A DNA stretch of 64,000 nucleotides from Hyphomonadaceae bacterium (GTDB lineage Bacteria > Pseudomonadota > Alphaproteobacteria > Caulobacterales > Aquidulcibacteraceae). Below are positions 9,659 to 18,589 of this stretch, one piece after another. The notes under the pieces are model-generated. The model had not been told where the DNA came from. It did not search any database and saw nothing but the letters and a program-made list of their open reading frames with translations. Location of the stretch: positions 422,678 to 486,677 of the forward strand of contig JBFWYQ010000001.1 of NCBI GenBank assembly GCA_050186235.1, written 5' to 3'. The position numbers were made by a program, and so were the translations under genes. Each line of letters opens with the position of its first letter. Position 1 is the first letter of the stretch.

Positions 9659-10110
9659 ACGAAGCCGAAGTCGTCGAGCAATTGGTGGAGTTCACCAACA
9701 TCCTGATGGTGGGCGTGTCGCTCATCTTCTCGGTGGTCTCGGCCTATGTCGTTGCACTCAACTACTTCATCGGTTCCTCGAACTTTCGCGCCCGGCTGGG
9801 TTCCTTTCTCTTTGTCACGCTCATCCTCGGCATGCTCATGGTGACGATGATGGGGGCGCAGGCCACGCAGGGCGGATTGATCGAACGTCTGCGCGAACTC
9901 GACGCAGAGAACCAGTTGACCGCCGCCGGCCGGGCCGTGCTCGCCAACGCACAATCCACCATCGCCGGCAATCTCAGCATCGATGCGGTTATCCGTCTGT
10001 GCGTATGGGTGGGCCTCGCCTTCGTCTACGTGGCGCTCGCCTATCTCACCTTCATCCATAAATGGACGCCGGACGCCATTCCGGTCACCATCGAAACCCG
10101 GTCTTCATGA
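9655..10110 (+). CDS. Hypothetical 3-TM membrane protein, paralog 1
   Basis: Three hydrophobic segments; aligns along its length with 10139-10582. Confidence 0.8.
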   Translation: MNEAEVVEQLVEFTNILMVGVSLIFSVVSAYVVALNYFIGSSNFRARLGSFLFVTLILGMLMVTMMGAQATQGGLIERLRELDAENQLTAAGRAVLANAQSTIAGNLSIDAVIRLCVWVGLAFVYVALAYLTFIHKWTPDAIPVTIETRSS

Positions 10111-10138
10111 AACCGCACTGTCCCACCCGGAGCGCGCC

Positions 10139-10582
10139 ATGACCGAAGGCGAAGTCGTTGAGCAGATGATCGGCTACATGAGCCTCTTGCTGCTGGGCGT
10201 GTCTTTGATTTTTACCGTGGTCTCGGCCTACATCGTCGCGCTCAACTACTTCGTCGGGGAGGCGCTGTTCCTGGCTCGCCTCGGCGCGTTCGCCTTCATC
10301 TCGCTCATTCTGGTCTTGCTGCTGGTGGTGATGATCGGCGCCGAAGGGGTACATTCCGGATTGATCGATCGCCTGCGCAGTCTGGAGGCTGCGGGCGATC
10401 TCACCGAAGCTGGCCGCGGCGTGCTCGCCAACGCCAGCAATGGCGTTGATGACATTGTTCGCGCGCTGCTCTGGCTCGGCATGATCTCCGTCTTCGCCGC
10501 GCTCGCCTATATGACCTTCATTCATCGCTGGAAGCCCGACGTCGTCAACGTCGCGCTCACATCGCGGAAAGCTCCTTCATGA
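10139..10582 (+). CDS. Hypothetical 3-TM membrane protein, paralog 2
   Basis: ATG 10139 ([10 protein letters not shown]) aligns with [10 protein letters not shown] of the upstream gene; stop overlaps the pdhC ATG. Confidence 0.8.
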   Translation: MTEGEVVEQMIGYMSLLLLGVSLIFTVVSAYIVALNYFVGEALFLARLGAFAFISLILVLLLVVMIGAEGVHSGLIDRLRSLEAAGDLTEAGRGVLANASNGVDDIVRALLWLGMISVFAALAYMTFIHRWKPDVVNVALTSRKAPS

Positions 10583-11982
10583 CCACGCAGATCACCATGC
10601 CCGCGCTGTCGCCGACGATGGAGGAGGGCAATCTCGCCAAGTGGCATGTCAAAGCCGGCGATAAGATCGAACCCGGCCAGGTCATCGCCGAGATCGAGAC
10701 CGACAAGGCGACGATGGAAGTCGAAGCCGTCGACGAAGGCGTGATCGCCGAAATTCTGGTGCCGGAAGGGAGCCAAGGCGTGAAGGTGAACACGCCCATC
10801 GCCACGCTCGCCGGCGAAGGCGAAGCCCCGCGTGCTGCGAAGCAGGAAGAGCCGCTGAGAGCCGAGCGCAAAGAACCCTCTCCCCCCTTGCGGGGGAGAG
10901 GGCAGGGTGAGGGGGGGCGCGCCGACGCGCTTTCGCCGCAGGCACAACCTCAACCCTCCCCCCTTGCGGGGCGGGGCAGGGAGGGGGGTGCGGGCGGTGA
11001 TCTCTCCGGAAAAGGCGCCGCCGTTACCCCCATCCCCGGCCCCGCCCCGCAAGGGGGCGGGGAGAGAGTCTTTGCTTCTCCGCTTGCGAAGCGATTAGCC
11101 GAACAGGGCAACATCGATCTTTCCGGCATGCGCGGCTCAGGCCCCAACGGCCGCATCGTCAAAGCCGACATCGAAGCCGCTGCAAAGTCCCCACGCGCCG
11201 CACAAGCCCCGCAGCAATCGCGCGAAGTCTCCAAGCCCGCGCCGGCGCAAGCGCCAGCGCCCGCATCGCTCGAAAGCTACGGCATCCGCCAGGGCAGTTA
11301 CGATCTCGTCCCGCTCGATCTCATGCGCAAAACCATCGCCAAGCGCATGACCGCCTCCTTCCGCGACGTGCCGCACTTCCCGCTCACCATCGATCTCGAA
11401 ATCGACGCGTTGCTGAAAGCCCGCGGCGAGATCAACAAGCGCTTCGCCGACAATGGCGTGAAAATTTCCGTCAACGACATGTGCATCAAGGCCGCGGCTC
11501 TCGCGCTGAAGCTCGTGCCTGAAGCCAACGCCAGCTACACGCCTGACGGTATCGCCATTCACCACCATGCCGACATCGGCGTCGCCGTCGCCATCCCGCA
11601 CGGCCTCATCACGCCGATCATCTGGGCCGCCGAAACCAAAGGCCTGGCGCAAATCAGCGCCGAAATGTCCGATCTCGCCCAGCGCGCGCGCGAGCGCAAA
11701 CTGAAGCCGGAAGAATTCCAGGGCGGCACCTTCACGATCTCGAACATGGGCATGCTCGGCATCAAGAGCTTCGCTTCGATCATCAACGAACCGCACGGCA
11801 TGATCATGTCGATCGGCGCCGGCGAGAAGCGCCCCATCGTCAAGAACGACGCGCTCGCCATCGCCACCATGATGACCGTCACCGTCACCTGCGATCACCG
11901 CGTCGTCGACGGCGCGCTGGGCGCAGCGTTCCTGAAGGCATTCAAGAGCTTCCTCGAAGACCCGATGGCGATGTTGCTCTAG
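10579..11982 (+). CDS. pdhC: Pyruvate dehydrogenase E2 dihydrolipoamide acetyltransferase
   Basis: Lipoyl ETDKATME; E3-binding ASPLAKRLA...[13 protein letters not shown]; catalytic CDHRVVDG. Confidence 0.97.
   Translation: MTTQITMPALSPTMEEGNLAKWHVKAGDKIEPGQVIAEIETDKATMEVEAVDEGVIAEILVPEGSQGVKVNTPIATLAGEGEAPRAAKQEEPLRAERKEPSPPLRGRGQGEGGRADALSPQAQPQPSPLAGRGREGGAGGDLSGKGAAVTPIPGPAPQGGGERVFASPLAKRLAEQGNIDLSGMRGSGPNGRIVKADIEAAAKSPRAAQAPQQSREVSKPAPAQAPAPASLESYGIRQGSYDLVPLDLMRKTIAKRMTASFRDVPHFPLTIDLEIDALLKARGEINKRFADNGVKISVNDMCIKAAALALKLVPEANASYTPDGIAIHHHADIGVAVAIPHGLITPIIWAAETKGLAQISAEMSDLAQRARERKLKPEEFQGGTFTISNMGMLGIKSFASIINEPHGMIMSIGAGEKRPIVKNDALAIATMMTVTVTCDHRVVDGALGAAFLKAFKSFLEDPMAMLL
10876..11063. 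repeat. Three palindromic repeat units in frame inside the pdhC linker
   Basis: CCCTCTCCCC..cttgc..GGGGAGAGGG (10876-10902), CCCTCCCCCCTTGCGGGGCGGGG (from 10954) and the inverted CCCCGCCCCGCAAGGGGGCGGGG (about 11040-11062). Confidence 0.75.
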
Positions 11983-12740
11983 CGCCGCATCTCCGCCTCC
12001 ACCGCCGCCAGCAGCTGCGTGGCCCGCGCTTCGCGGTCGCGGCCGATCTGAGCGGCGACGAACATGGTCGACATCCAGAAGCGCAGCTCCGCCATTAGCG
12101 TGCGGTCGCTGCGGATTGCATTCACGATTGAGCCCGCCCGCGCTTCGCTCACCGGCGAGGCGCAATCCAGCAGCTCCTGGCGCTGCGTTGCGTCCGACCG
12201 ATAGCAGTTCGCCCAAACGTAGTCTTGAACGTCGAGGGGAATGACGCCGCGGATGTGCTCGCGATAGGGCGGGCGCTCGGTCAGCACCGGATTGGCCGCG
12301 TTGGTGTAATAGCCGGCGAGCGCATTCCTGAGGCCCACGTCGCCGATCAGGTGCAACTCACCTGCGCTCGTAAGTTCGTCGTAGGTGACGCTGGTGGTGT
12401 AGTATTCGGCGAGTTGGCTGGCCTGAAAGTAGGAGAGCAGCAACGTCCACTGGCTCGCGCCGCGCGCATCACCGGATTCGGCATAGGCGAGCGCGGAGCG
12501 GCCGTAATCCGACACCTTACGCCAGAAGCTCATGCGGTCGCGGTAATTCTCCAGATCGCTCTCGATATCGGCATGGATGCGTTCGAGATACGAATGTGCG
12601 CGCTGCCGATCGACGCGCGCCTCGTTCCAATTCGCCGCCTGCAGGCCGACGAACACACCCACCACGACGATGACGAAATCGATCGCGATTGCCGTCCATT
12701 CCTGCTTGCGCAAATGCTCGATCACGCGCCGTAGTAGCAT
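11979..12740 (-). CDS. Hypothetical protein with N-terminal TM anchor (DUF6090-like)
   Basis: [42 protein letters not shown]-terminus typical of this family. Confidence 0.75.
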   Translation of the reverse strand: MLLRRVIEHLRKQEWTAIAIDFVIVVVGVFVGLQAANWNEARVDRQRAHSYLERIHADIESDLENYRDRMSFWRKVSDYGRSALAYAESGDARGASQWTLLLSYFQASQLAEYYTTSVTYDELTSAGELHLIGDVGLRNALAGYYTNAANPVLTERPPYREHIRGVIPLDVQDYVWANCYRSDATQRQELLDCASPVSEARAGSIVNAIRSDRTLMAELRFWMSTMFVAAQIGRDREARATQLLAAVEAEMRR

Positions 12741-12777
12741 CTAGCCTCCCGTTCGCCTGCCTAGCTCGACATCGCCT

Positions 12778-13752
12778 TCAAGCCATCGTGACGATGACTT
12801 TTCCTTTGTGGCGCCCACTGCCGAAGCGACGGAAAGCCTCGGCTGCTTGGGCCAGTGGGTAAATCGAGTCGATAACGGCTTTGATCTTGCCTGTTTCGAC
12901 CAGTCCGCCAAGGAAGACCAAATCCTTGTTCGGCTTGAGCATGACGAAGCGCATCCTCTTAGGTCTCCACAACGGGGCGAAGGCAAGCAACATCAATCCA
13001 ATGAGCAGGTTTCCGCCCATCGTGGCATAGAGTCCCCCTGGTGCGAGCGCACGCATATAAGCCCAGGGCGAGCGCTTCGTCATCGCATCGACGATGAGAT
13101 CGTATCGCGCCGGCCGCTTCGCGAAATCCTCGCGCTGGTAATCGATCACTTCATCGGCGCCGAGTTCGCGCAACATTGCCAGTTTCTCGCCCTTGTCGAG
13201 CGCCGTCACGTGTGCGCCCCGTAACTTGGCCAGCTGCACCGCGAAGGTGCCCGCGCCGCCCCCGGCAGCATGCACCAGAATCCGTTGGCCCGCTTGGATC
13301 TGACCAACGTCAATCAGCCCTTGCACGGCAAGCATGCCCGCCTGCGGGATCGCCGCCGCTTCTTCGTAGCTTAGGCCTCCGGGTTTACGTGCAAAACTAT
13401 GTTCGGACGCGCACACGTACTCGGCCAACGCGCCAAACCCGCTCTCGCAGAGATCGCCGAACACGTCGTCGCCGGCTTTGAACGCCGTGACGCTTGAGCC
13501 GACAGCTTCGACGCGCCCGGCGACATCGCACCCCAGCACGCGGCCCTTGGGACGGAAGAGGCCCTCCATCAGGCGATTGACAATTGTCCCTTGCAGCATT
13601 TGCCAATCCCAGTCGTTGATCGACGCCGCACGGACGCGCACGAGCACTTGGTCGTCTCGTGGCTCGGGTTTTCTAACGTCGAGGATACGCAGCACATCCG
13701 GCGAACCGTATCTCTCACGCACCACCGCCTTCATAAGCTCAGGCTCGCTCAT
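12778..13752 (-). CDS. NAD(P)-dependent medium-chain dehydrogenase/reductase (quinone oxidoreductase-like)
   Basis: MKAVV..RYGSPDVL, GCDVAGRVEAVG, AAGGGAGTFAVQLAK, GRHKGKVIV; start taken at MSEPEL (13752). Confidence 0.9.
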   Translation of the reverse strand: MSEPELMKAVVRERYGSPDVLRILDVRKPEPRDDQVLVRVRAASINDWDWQMLQGTIVNRLMEGLFRPKGRVLGCDVAGRVEAVGSSVTAFKAGDDVFGDLCESGFGALAEYVCASEHSFARKPGGLSYEEAAAIPQAGMLAVQGLIDVGQIQAGQRILVHAAGGGAGTFAVQLAKLRGAHVTALDKGEKLAMLRELGADEVIDYQREDFAKRPARYDLIVDAMTKRSPWAYMRALAPGGLYATMGGNLLIGLMLLAFAPLWRPKRMRFVMLKPNKDLVFLGGLVETGKIKAVIDSIYPLAQAAEAFRRFGSGRHKGKVIVTMA

Positions 13753-13792
13753 GGCGGCCATTCTGCTACCATGGCGCCCAGGAGCAAGTGCA

Positions 13793-14017
13793 ATGCCCGA
13801 AGTCCGCATGTCCGTCGGCAAGGCGCTGATCGGCCGCGAGGAAGTGGCGCCGAATTTCGAAGTCCGCGCCGATGGCGCGAGTGGCGGCGCGCTGATCGGC
13901 GAGGTCACCATCTCGACCGGCGGCGTGCGCTGGCGCGCGGCGCGCACGCAATCGGCCCACTTCGTCGACTGGGAGCGCTTCGCTGCGCTGATGGAGCAGC
14001 AGCCGCGCGAGAGCTGA
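13793..14017 (+). CDS. Hypothetical 74-aa protein
   Basis: CAGGAG RBS at 13779-13784, ATG 13793; globular-looking sequence ending WERFAALME. Confidence 0.6.
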   Translation: MPEVRMSVGKALIGREEVAPNFEVRADGASGGALIGEVTISTGGVRWRAARTQSAHFVDWERFAALMEQQPRES

Positions 14018-14211
14018 GACGCCGCCGTGAAACGCCGATAGGGCCACTCTATCCGGAGGATAGATTCCAGTCTTTCCAGGTTGGACCGCGCGCTTCAGCG
14101 CGCATTTTCTCAATGATCTCAGGATGGAGATGACAAGGCGAGCTGAAGCTCGCGCTCCAATTTAGGTTGGATTTGCGCCCGCCAATCCGACCGACTTGAA
14201 ACGGCGTTACA

Positions 14212-14883
14212 ATGCTCGCGATCATGTCGACAGCATCCGCCCCCATCACCTTCGCTCCGCCCGCGCTTTGGGCTATGGCGCGCACCTTCCTGGTCACCTT
14301 CTTCGCTCTGTTCGGCTCGCCCCAACAGCTCGCCGAAAAACACACGCTGACCGGCAAAGCCTACAAACTAACGCTCGACTGGCTGCGCGCGGGCGAAGCG
14401 TTGCTGCGCCGGCTGCTGCTGATCGAGGCTGCGCACTACGACAAACCCAACCTCCGCCCGTTGCTCCACGAGCGCCGCGCACGCGTACGCCGAGCGATAA
14501 CATTCTATCCTGACCAGCCCGAAGCCTGGCGTGTGAGCTTCCGCATGTTCGTCACATCGCGCCGCGCGCCACGCCCGCCGCTCGCAAAGCGGCCGGAAAA
14601 GCCGCGCTTGTCACGCGAAGAACGCTGGTGCTCTGAGCACTGGCCGCGGCCGACCTTTCATTCCGCATGGTCGCTCGCCGAACGCGTCGAAGCCATGCTG
14701 CGCGTCTTCAACAATCCCGAACCCTACGCCAAGCGGCTCGCACGCCGGCTGCACGCCACGCCGCACCGCGCCCGCGCGCTGCTACGGCACCCCGCGAACG
14801 CGCCCGGCCTCATCGGCTCCGAAAGCTTCGCTGCAACCGCCGCGCCGTGCGATGAAGCGCGCCGGCGCTTCGAACCGGGATAG
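14212..14883 (+). CDS. Hypothetical basic protein, 223 aa
   Basis: Only plausible ORF filling the interval; GC3-rich codons; no recognised motif. Confidence 0.6.
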   Translation: MLAIMSTASAPITFAPPALWAMARTFLVTFFALFGSPQQLAEKHTLTGKAYKLTLDWLRAGEALLRRLLLIEAAHYDKPNLRPLLHERRARVRRAITFYPDQPEAWRVSFRMFVTSRRAPRPPLAKRPEKPRLSREERWCSEHWPRPTFHSAWSLAERVEAMLRVFNNPEPYAKRLARRLHATPHRARALLRHPANAPGLIGSESFAATAAPCDEARRRFEPG

Positions 14884-15007
14884 GGGCCATGTCGCGCCAC
14901 GCTTCACTACCACCCGGCGCCATCCGTCGCACGGGCTGCGGTCGGCTGTGCAAATCGGCTCGCACCGGCGGCGGCGCGCCGATAGACTCGCCGACTCGGA
15001 GAACAGA

Positions 15008-15451
15008 ATGTTCGCAACCCTCATCCAAACGGCCGGACTCTGGTTTCTGATCGCGTGTGCGGTCGAAGCCGTCGCGGTTTTCGCCGAACAGGCCGGCGCC
15101 GCGCGATCTCCCGAAGACGATGCCCCACGCAATGGCGCCGTCGCGCTCGTCGCATTTCTGCTGACGCTGATCACGCCCGGCCTGCTGCTCGCACACGGCT
15201 TTCTCAGCACCCGGGGGCACGACGAAACGCTACGCGTAATGGCGATCGGCGCGCCAATCGCCGCGGTGCTTGCAGGCGCGCTGCTCGGCGCGATTTTTGG
15301 CGCCGCCGCCAAGGCTGCTGCGCCCGCCATGCGCAAGCTTGCCTTGCCGCTCGATCTCGCCGCGCTCGCGCTCACGGTCTACGCAACGCTGCCGAGCATC
15401 CGCATTTTGATAGAGGCCGCGCAAAACGGCGGCGTCATTGTCACGAATTAG
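15008..15451 (+). CDS. Hypothetical 4-TM membrane protein
   Basis: ATG 15008 (MFATLIQTAG); four hydrophobic segments. Confidence 0.7.
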   Translation: MFATLIQTAGLWFLIACAVEAVAVFAEQAGAARSPEDDAPRNGAVALVAFLLTLITPGLLLAHGFLSTRGHDETLRVMAIGAPIAAVLAGALLGAIFGAAAKAAAPAMRKLALPLDLAALALTVYATLPSIRILIEAAQNGGVIVTN

Positions 15452-16344
15452 GCGGCTTGGCCGGCCTGGCGCAACTTCTTGGTCACCATCACCGAGAGCT
15501 GCTGCGTCACTGTCTGGCGCAGCTCGACCTGCGAGTTCGGCAATTCAGCCAACTGCACGATCGCATCGAGATGAGCTTGCACCACGTCCGTATTCAACGC
15601 CGCCTCGGCGCCCACGCCTTTGATGTAGTTGAACAGGGAAGAGGAGGCCGACATCAGCAGCCGATCCTTCATGTCGCCCGCCAGCGCACTAAGCTGGCCG
15701 CAGGCCAGCCCCAGATCGCGCAGCGCATCGGCGTCGCCGGGCTTCAGCGCCGTCAGCAAAGCGCCGATGCGCTCGCAATACATCCGCGCCAGCCCCTTGC
15801 GGATTTGCACTTCCGGCGCATCCGCCTGTTTGTCGTTGCTGTCGAACATGCGCCGCCGCGGCCCGTCATATTCCCCATGGCCCGGACGCCGCCGGCGGCA
15901 GGGGCCGACATATCTGCCGCTCTCGACGAAGTCGCGCTTGCGCCGCTGCGTCTCGCGCACGCGGCGGAGCAGGGTTGTAGCGGAAAAAGGAATCTGCACG
16001 AACTCATCGACGCCGGCGCGGCGCGCACGATCGATATCGCTGGCGCGCCCGCGCTCGGTGACCAGCACGATCGGCATACGGCGATAGGCCTCGCCCGCCG
16101 CGCCGGCGCGGATGCGCTGTGTCATCGCCACGCCGTCGGAGCCATCCATATCCCAGGCGGTGACGACGACATCGGGTTGGAAGAACGGCAACAGCTCGAT
16201 GCAATGATCGCCATTGTCGGCATGCTCGACCACGACGTTGCGCATCGTACGCAACGTTTCCGTCGTCAGGCGCCGTTGAAACGGCCTGGCCTCGACGACC
16301 AGAAACCTCAGCGCTTTCTGTTTTTCCGCCCGCCTGTCCGCCAT
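15448..16344 (-). CDS. Cle-like pseudo-receiver protein with two YxGPxRR motifs and a degenerate Hpt-like C-terminus
   Basis: REC fold with VEAR, VVTAWDM and VQIP replacing the acidic pocket, phospho-Asp and Lys; YVGPCRRRR and YDGPRRR; C-terminal ACGQLSALA...VVQAHLDAI. Confidence 0.75.
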   Translation of the reverse strand: MADRRAEKQKALRFLVVEARPFQRRLTTETLRTMRNVVVEHADNGDHCIELLPFFQPDVVVTAWDMDGSDGVAMTQRIRAGAAGEAYRRMPIVLVTERGRASDIDRARRAGVDEFVQIPFSATTLLRRVRETQRRKRDFVESGRYVGPCRRRRPGHGEYDGPRRRMFDSNDKQADAPEVQIRKGLARMYCERIGALLTALKPGDADALRDLGLACGQLSALAGDMKDRLLMSASSSLFNYIKGVGAEAALNTDVVQAHLDAIVQLAELPNSQVELRQTVTQQLSVMVTKKLRQAGQAA

Positions 16345-16438
16345 AGCGCATCAAGCCATACCCGAGGGGCGTTAAGATTTGTGGTAGCAAGCTTCAGCAT
16401 TCAGCGTAAACACGCCGTGAATCGGTTAAACGGCTTCA

Positions 16439-17083
16439 ATGCTCTCGTTGCTGCTTGCGTCCTTCGTGACCTTCTTCGTCGCCATCGATCCTGTGGCGAT
16501 GGCGCCGATGTTCACGACCATGACCAGCGGCATGACGCCGGAATGGCGGCGGATGATGGCGTGGAAATCCGTCGCAATCGCCACGGGCATTCTGCTCGCC
16601 TTCGCGTTCGGGGGCGCCTGGCTGTTGGAACAAATTCACGTCTCGATCGACGCGTTCCGCATCGCCGGCGGTTTGCTGCTCTTCCTGATCGCCGTCGACA
16701 TGCTGTTCGAAAAGAGGTCGGAGCGGCGCGAAGAGCGCGCCGAACAAGTGGCCGCCGAGCAGGCCAAGCATCCGGGAACTCAAGACGACATTTCCGTTTT
16801 TCCGCTCGCCATTCCGCTCATCTCCGGCCCGGGCGCGATCGCTTCAATCATGCTCTTCTTCGCCGAGCACGAAGACCTCGCCAGTCGTGGCGTCATCCTC
16901 CTGGGCGTCGGCGCCAATCTCGCCCTCTGCCTGATCGCCTTCCTGGCGGCGGGCCCGCTCTCGCGCATCATGGGCGAGACCGTCGCCTCTATGCTCACCC
17001 GCATCTTCGGCATCCTGCTCGCCGCGCTCGCCGCGCAGTTCGTGGTCGATGGGATCAGGAACGTGTTCGCGATAGGGCAATAG
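16439..17083 (+). CDS. marC: MarC family inner-membrane protein
   Basis: FFVAIDP, FRIAGGLLLFLIAVDML, VFPLAIPLISGPGAI, TRIFGILLAALAAQF. Confidence 0.92.
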   Translation: MLSLLLASFVTFFVAIDPVAMAPMFTTMTSGMTPEWRRMMAWKSVAIATGILLAFAFGGAWLLEQIHVSIDAFRIAGGLLLFLIAVDMLFEKRSERREERAEQVAAEQAKHPGTQDDISVFPLAIPLISGPGAIASIMLFFAEHEDLASRGVILLGVGANLALCLIAFLAAGPLSRIMGETVASMLTRIFGILLAALAAQFVVDGIRNVFAIGQ

Positions 17084-17172
17084 GGCAATACGGCAATAAG
17101 GCGGTAGGGAAATCCAACGCGAACCTACTGCCCTATTGCCCTATTGCCCTATTGCCTTACTGCCCTATTGCC
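17073..17172. repeat. Inverted arrays of an 8-bp tandem repeat (TAGGGCAA)n ... (CTATTGCC)n
   Basis: About 4.5 units at 17073-17109 and 6 complementary units at 17125-17172, around a 15-nt spacer. Confidence 0.9.
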
Positions 17173-17179
17173 TTCCTCC

Positions 17180-18589
17180 ATGAACACATCCTTCGACGTC
17201 ATCATCATCGGTTCCGGTCCCGGCGGCTACGTCACTGCGATCCGCGCTTCGCAGCTTGGTCTGAAGACGGCAATCGTCGAGCGCGATCGCTTGGGCGGCA
17301 TCTGTCTCAACTGGGGCTGCATCCCGACCAAGGCGCTGCTGCGGAGCGCCGAAGTCTATCGCAACGCGCAACACGCGAAGGACTTCGGGCTTTCGATCGA
17401 TGGCCTGAAGTTCGATCCCGAAGCCGTGGTGAAACGCTCGCGCGGCGTGGCTGGCCGCATGGAAAAGGGCGTCCAGTTCTTGATGAAGAAAAACAAGATC
17501 ACAGTGATCGAGGGTGAAGCGCGGCTGGAGAAGGGCAGCGCCGCACCGAAAGTGATCGTCAAGGGCAAGGACGGCAAAGATGCAACTTACGAGACCAAAC
17601 ACGTCATCCTCGCCACCGGCGCACGCGCGCGCGAAATTCCCGCGGCGGGCTTGAAGGCCGACGGCAAACGCATTTGGACCTATCGCGATGCGATGACGCC
17701 GCCCTCATGGCCGGAATCGCTCTTGGTGTTCGGTTCGGGCGCCATTGGCATCGAGTTCGCCAGCTTCTATGCCGCGTTCGGCGTGAAGACGACCGTGGTG
17801 GAATTGCTCGACCGCGTGCTGCCGGTCGAGGACGAGGAAATTTCCGCCTTCGCCAAGAAGCGCTTCGAGAAGGAGGGGCTGAAGATCCTCACCTCCACCG
17901 AAGCGAAGTCAGTGAAAGCGACAGCCAAGGGCGTCGAAGCGATCGTCTCCAACAAAGGCAAGGAAGAGACGCTGACCGCCTCACACGCCATCGTCGCCGT
18001 CGGCATTGTCGGCAACACCGAAGGCCTGGGTCTCGAACCGCTCGGCGTGAAGACCGAGAAGGGCCATATCGTCACCGACGGCTACGGCAAGACCAACGTC
18101 GCTGGCCTCTACGCCATCGGCGACGTCACCGGCGCGCCCTGGCTGGCGCACAAAGCGAGCCACGAAGGCATCATCTGCATCGAAGCCATCGCCGGCCAAA
18201 AACCGCATCCGATGATCAAGGAGCGCATTCCGGGCTGTACGTATTCGCACCCGCAAGTCGCCAGCGTCGGTCTCACCGAGGCGAAAGCGAAAGAAGCGGG
18301 CAGGGAGGTTCGCGTCGGCCGCTTTCCGTTCGTCGGCAACGGCAAGGCCATCGCGCTCGGCGAAGATCAGGGCATGGTTAAAGTGATCTTCGACGCCAAA
18401 ACCGGCGAACTTCTCGGCGCCCACATGATCGGCGCCGAAGTCACCGAACTGATCCAGGGTTATGCCGTCGCCATGTCCTGCGAAACCACCGAACACGAAC
18501 TCATGGAAACGATCTTCCCCCACCCAACGCTCTCAGAAATAATGCACGAAGCCGTGTTGGATGCGTACGGTCGCGTGCTGCACGTTTGA
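17180..18589 (+). CDS. lpdA: Dihydrolipoamide dehydrogenase E3
   Basis: GSGPGGY, GGICLNWGCIPTK redox disulfide, HPTLSE; ATG 17180. Confidence 0.98.
   Translation: MNTSFDVIIIGSGPGGYVTAIRASQLGLKTAIVERDRLGGICLNWGCIPTKALLRSAEVYRNAQHAKDFGLSIDGLKFDPEAVVKRSRGVAGRMEKGVQFLMKKNKITVIEGEARLEKGSAAPKVIVKGKDGKDATYETKHVILATGARAREIPAAGLKADGKRIWTYRDAMTPPSWPESLLVFGSGAIGIEFASFYAAFGVKTTVVELLDRVLPVEDEEISAFAKKRFEKEGLKILTSTEAKSVKATAKGVEAIVSNKGKEETLTASHAIVAVGIVGNTEGLGLEPLGVKTEKGHIVTDGYGKTNVAGLYAIGDVTGAPWLAHKASHEGIICIEAIAGQKPHPMIKERIPGCTYSHPQVASVGLTEAKAKEAGREVRVGRFPFVGNGKAIALGEDQGMVKVIFDAKTGELLGAHMIGAEVTELIQGYAVAMSCETTEHELMETIFPHPTLSEIMHEAVLDAYGRVLHV

Noticed and set aside
7851-10810. Near-identical lipoyl-domain coding sequences at the starts of pdhB and pdhC
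   Set aside because: A lipoyl domain on E1-beta is established for Alphaproteobacteria and is not novel in itself.
17073-17172. Possible CRISPR array
   Set aside because: The units are 8-bp tandem repeats with no spacers, and there are no cas genes.
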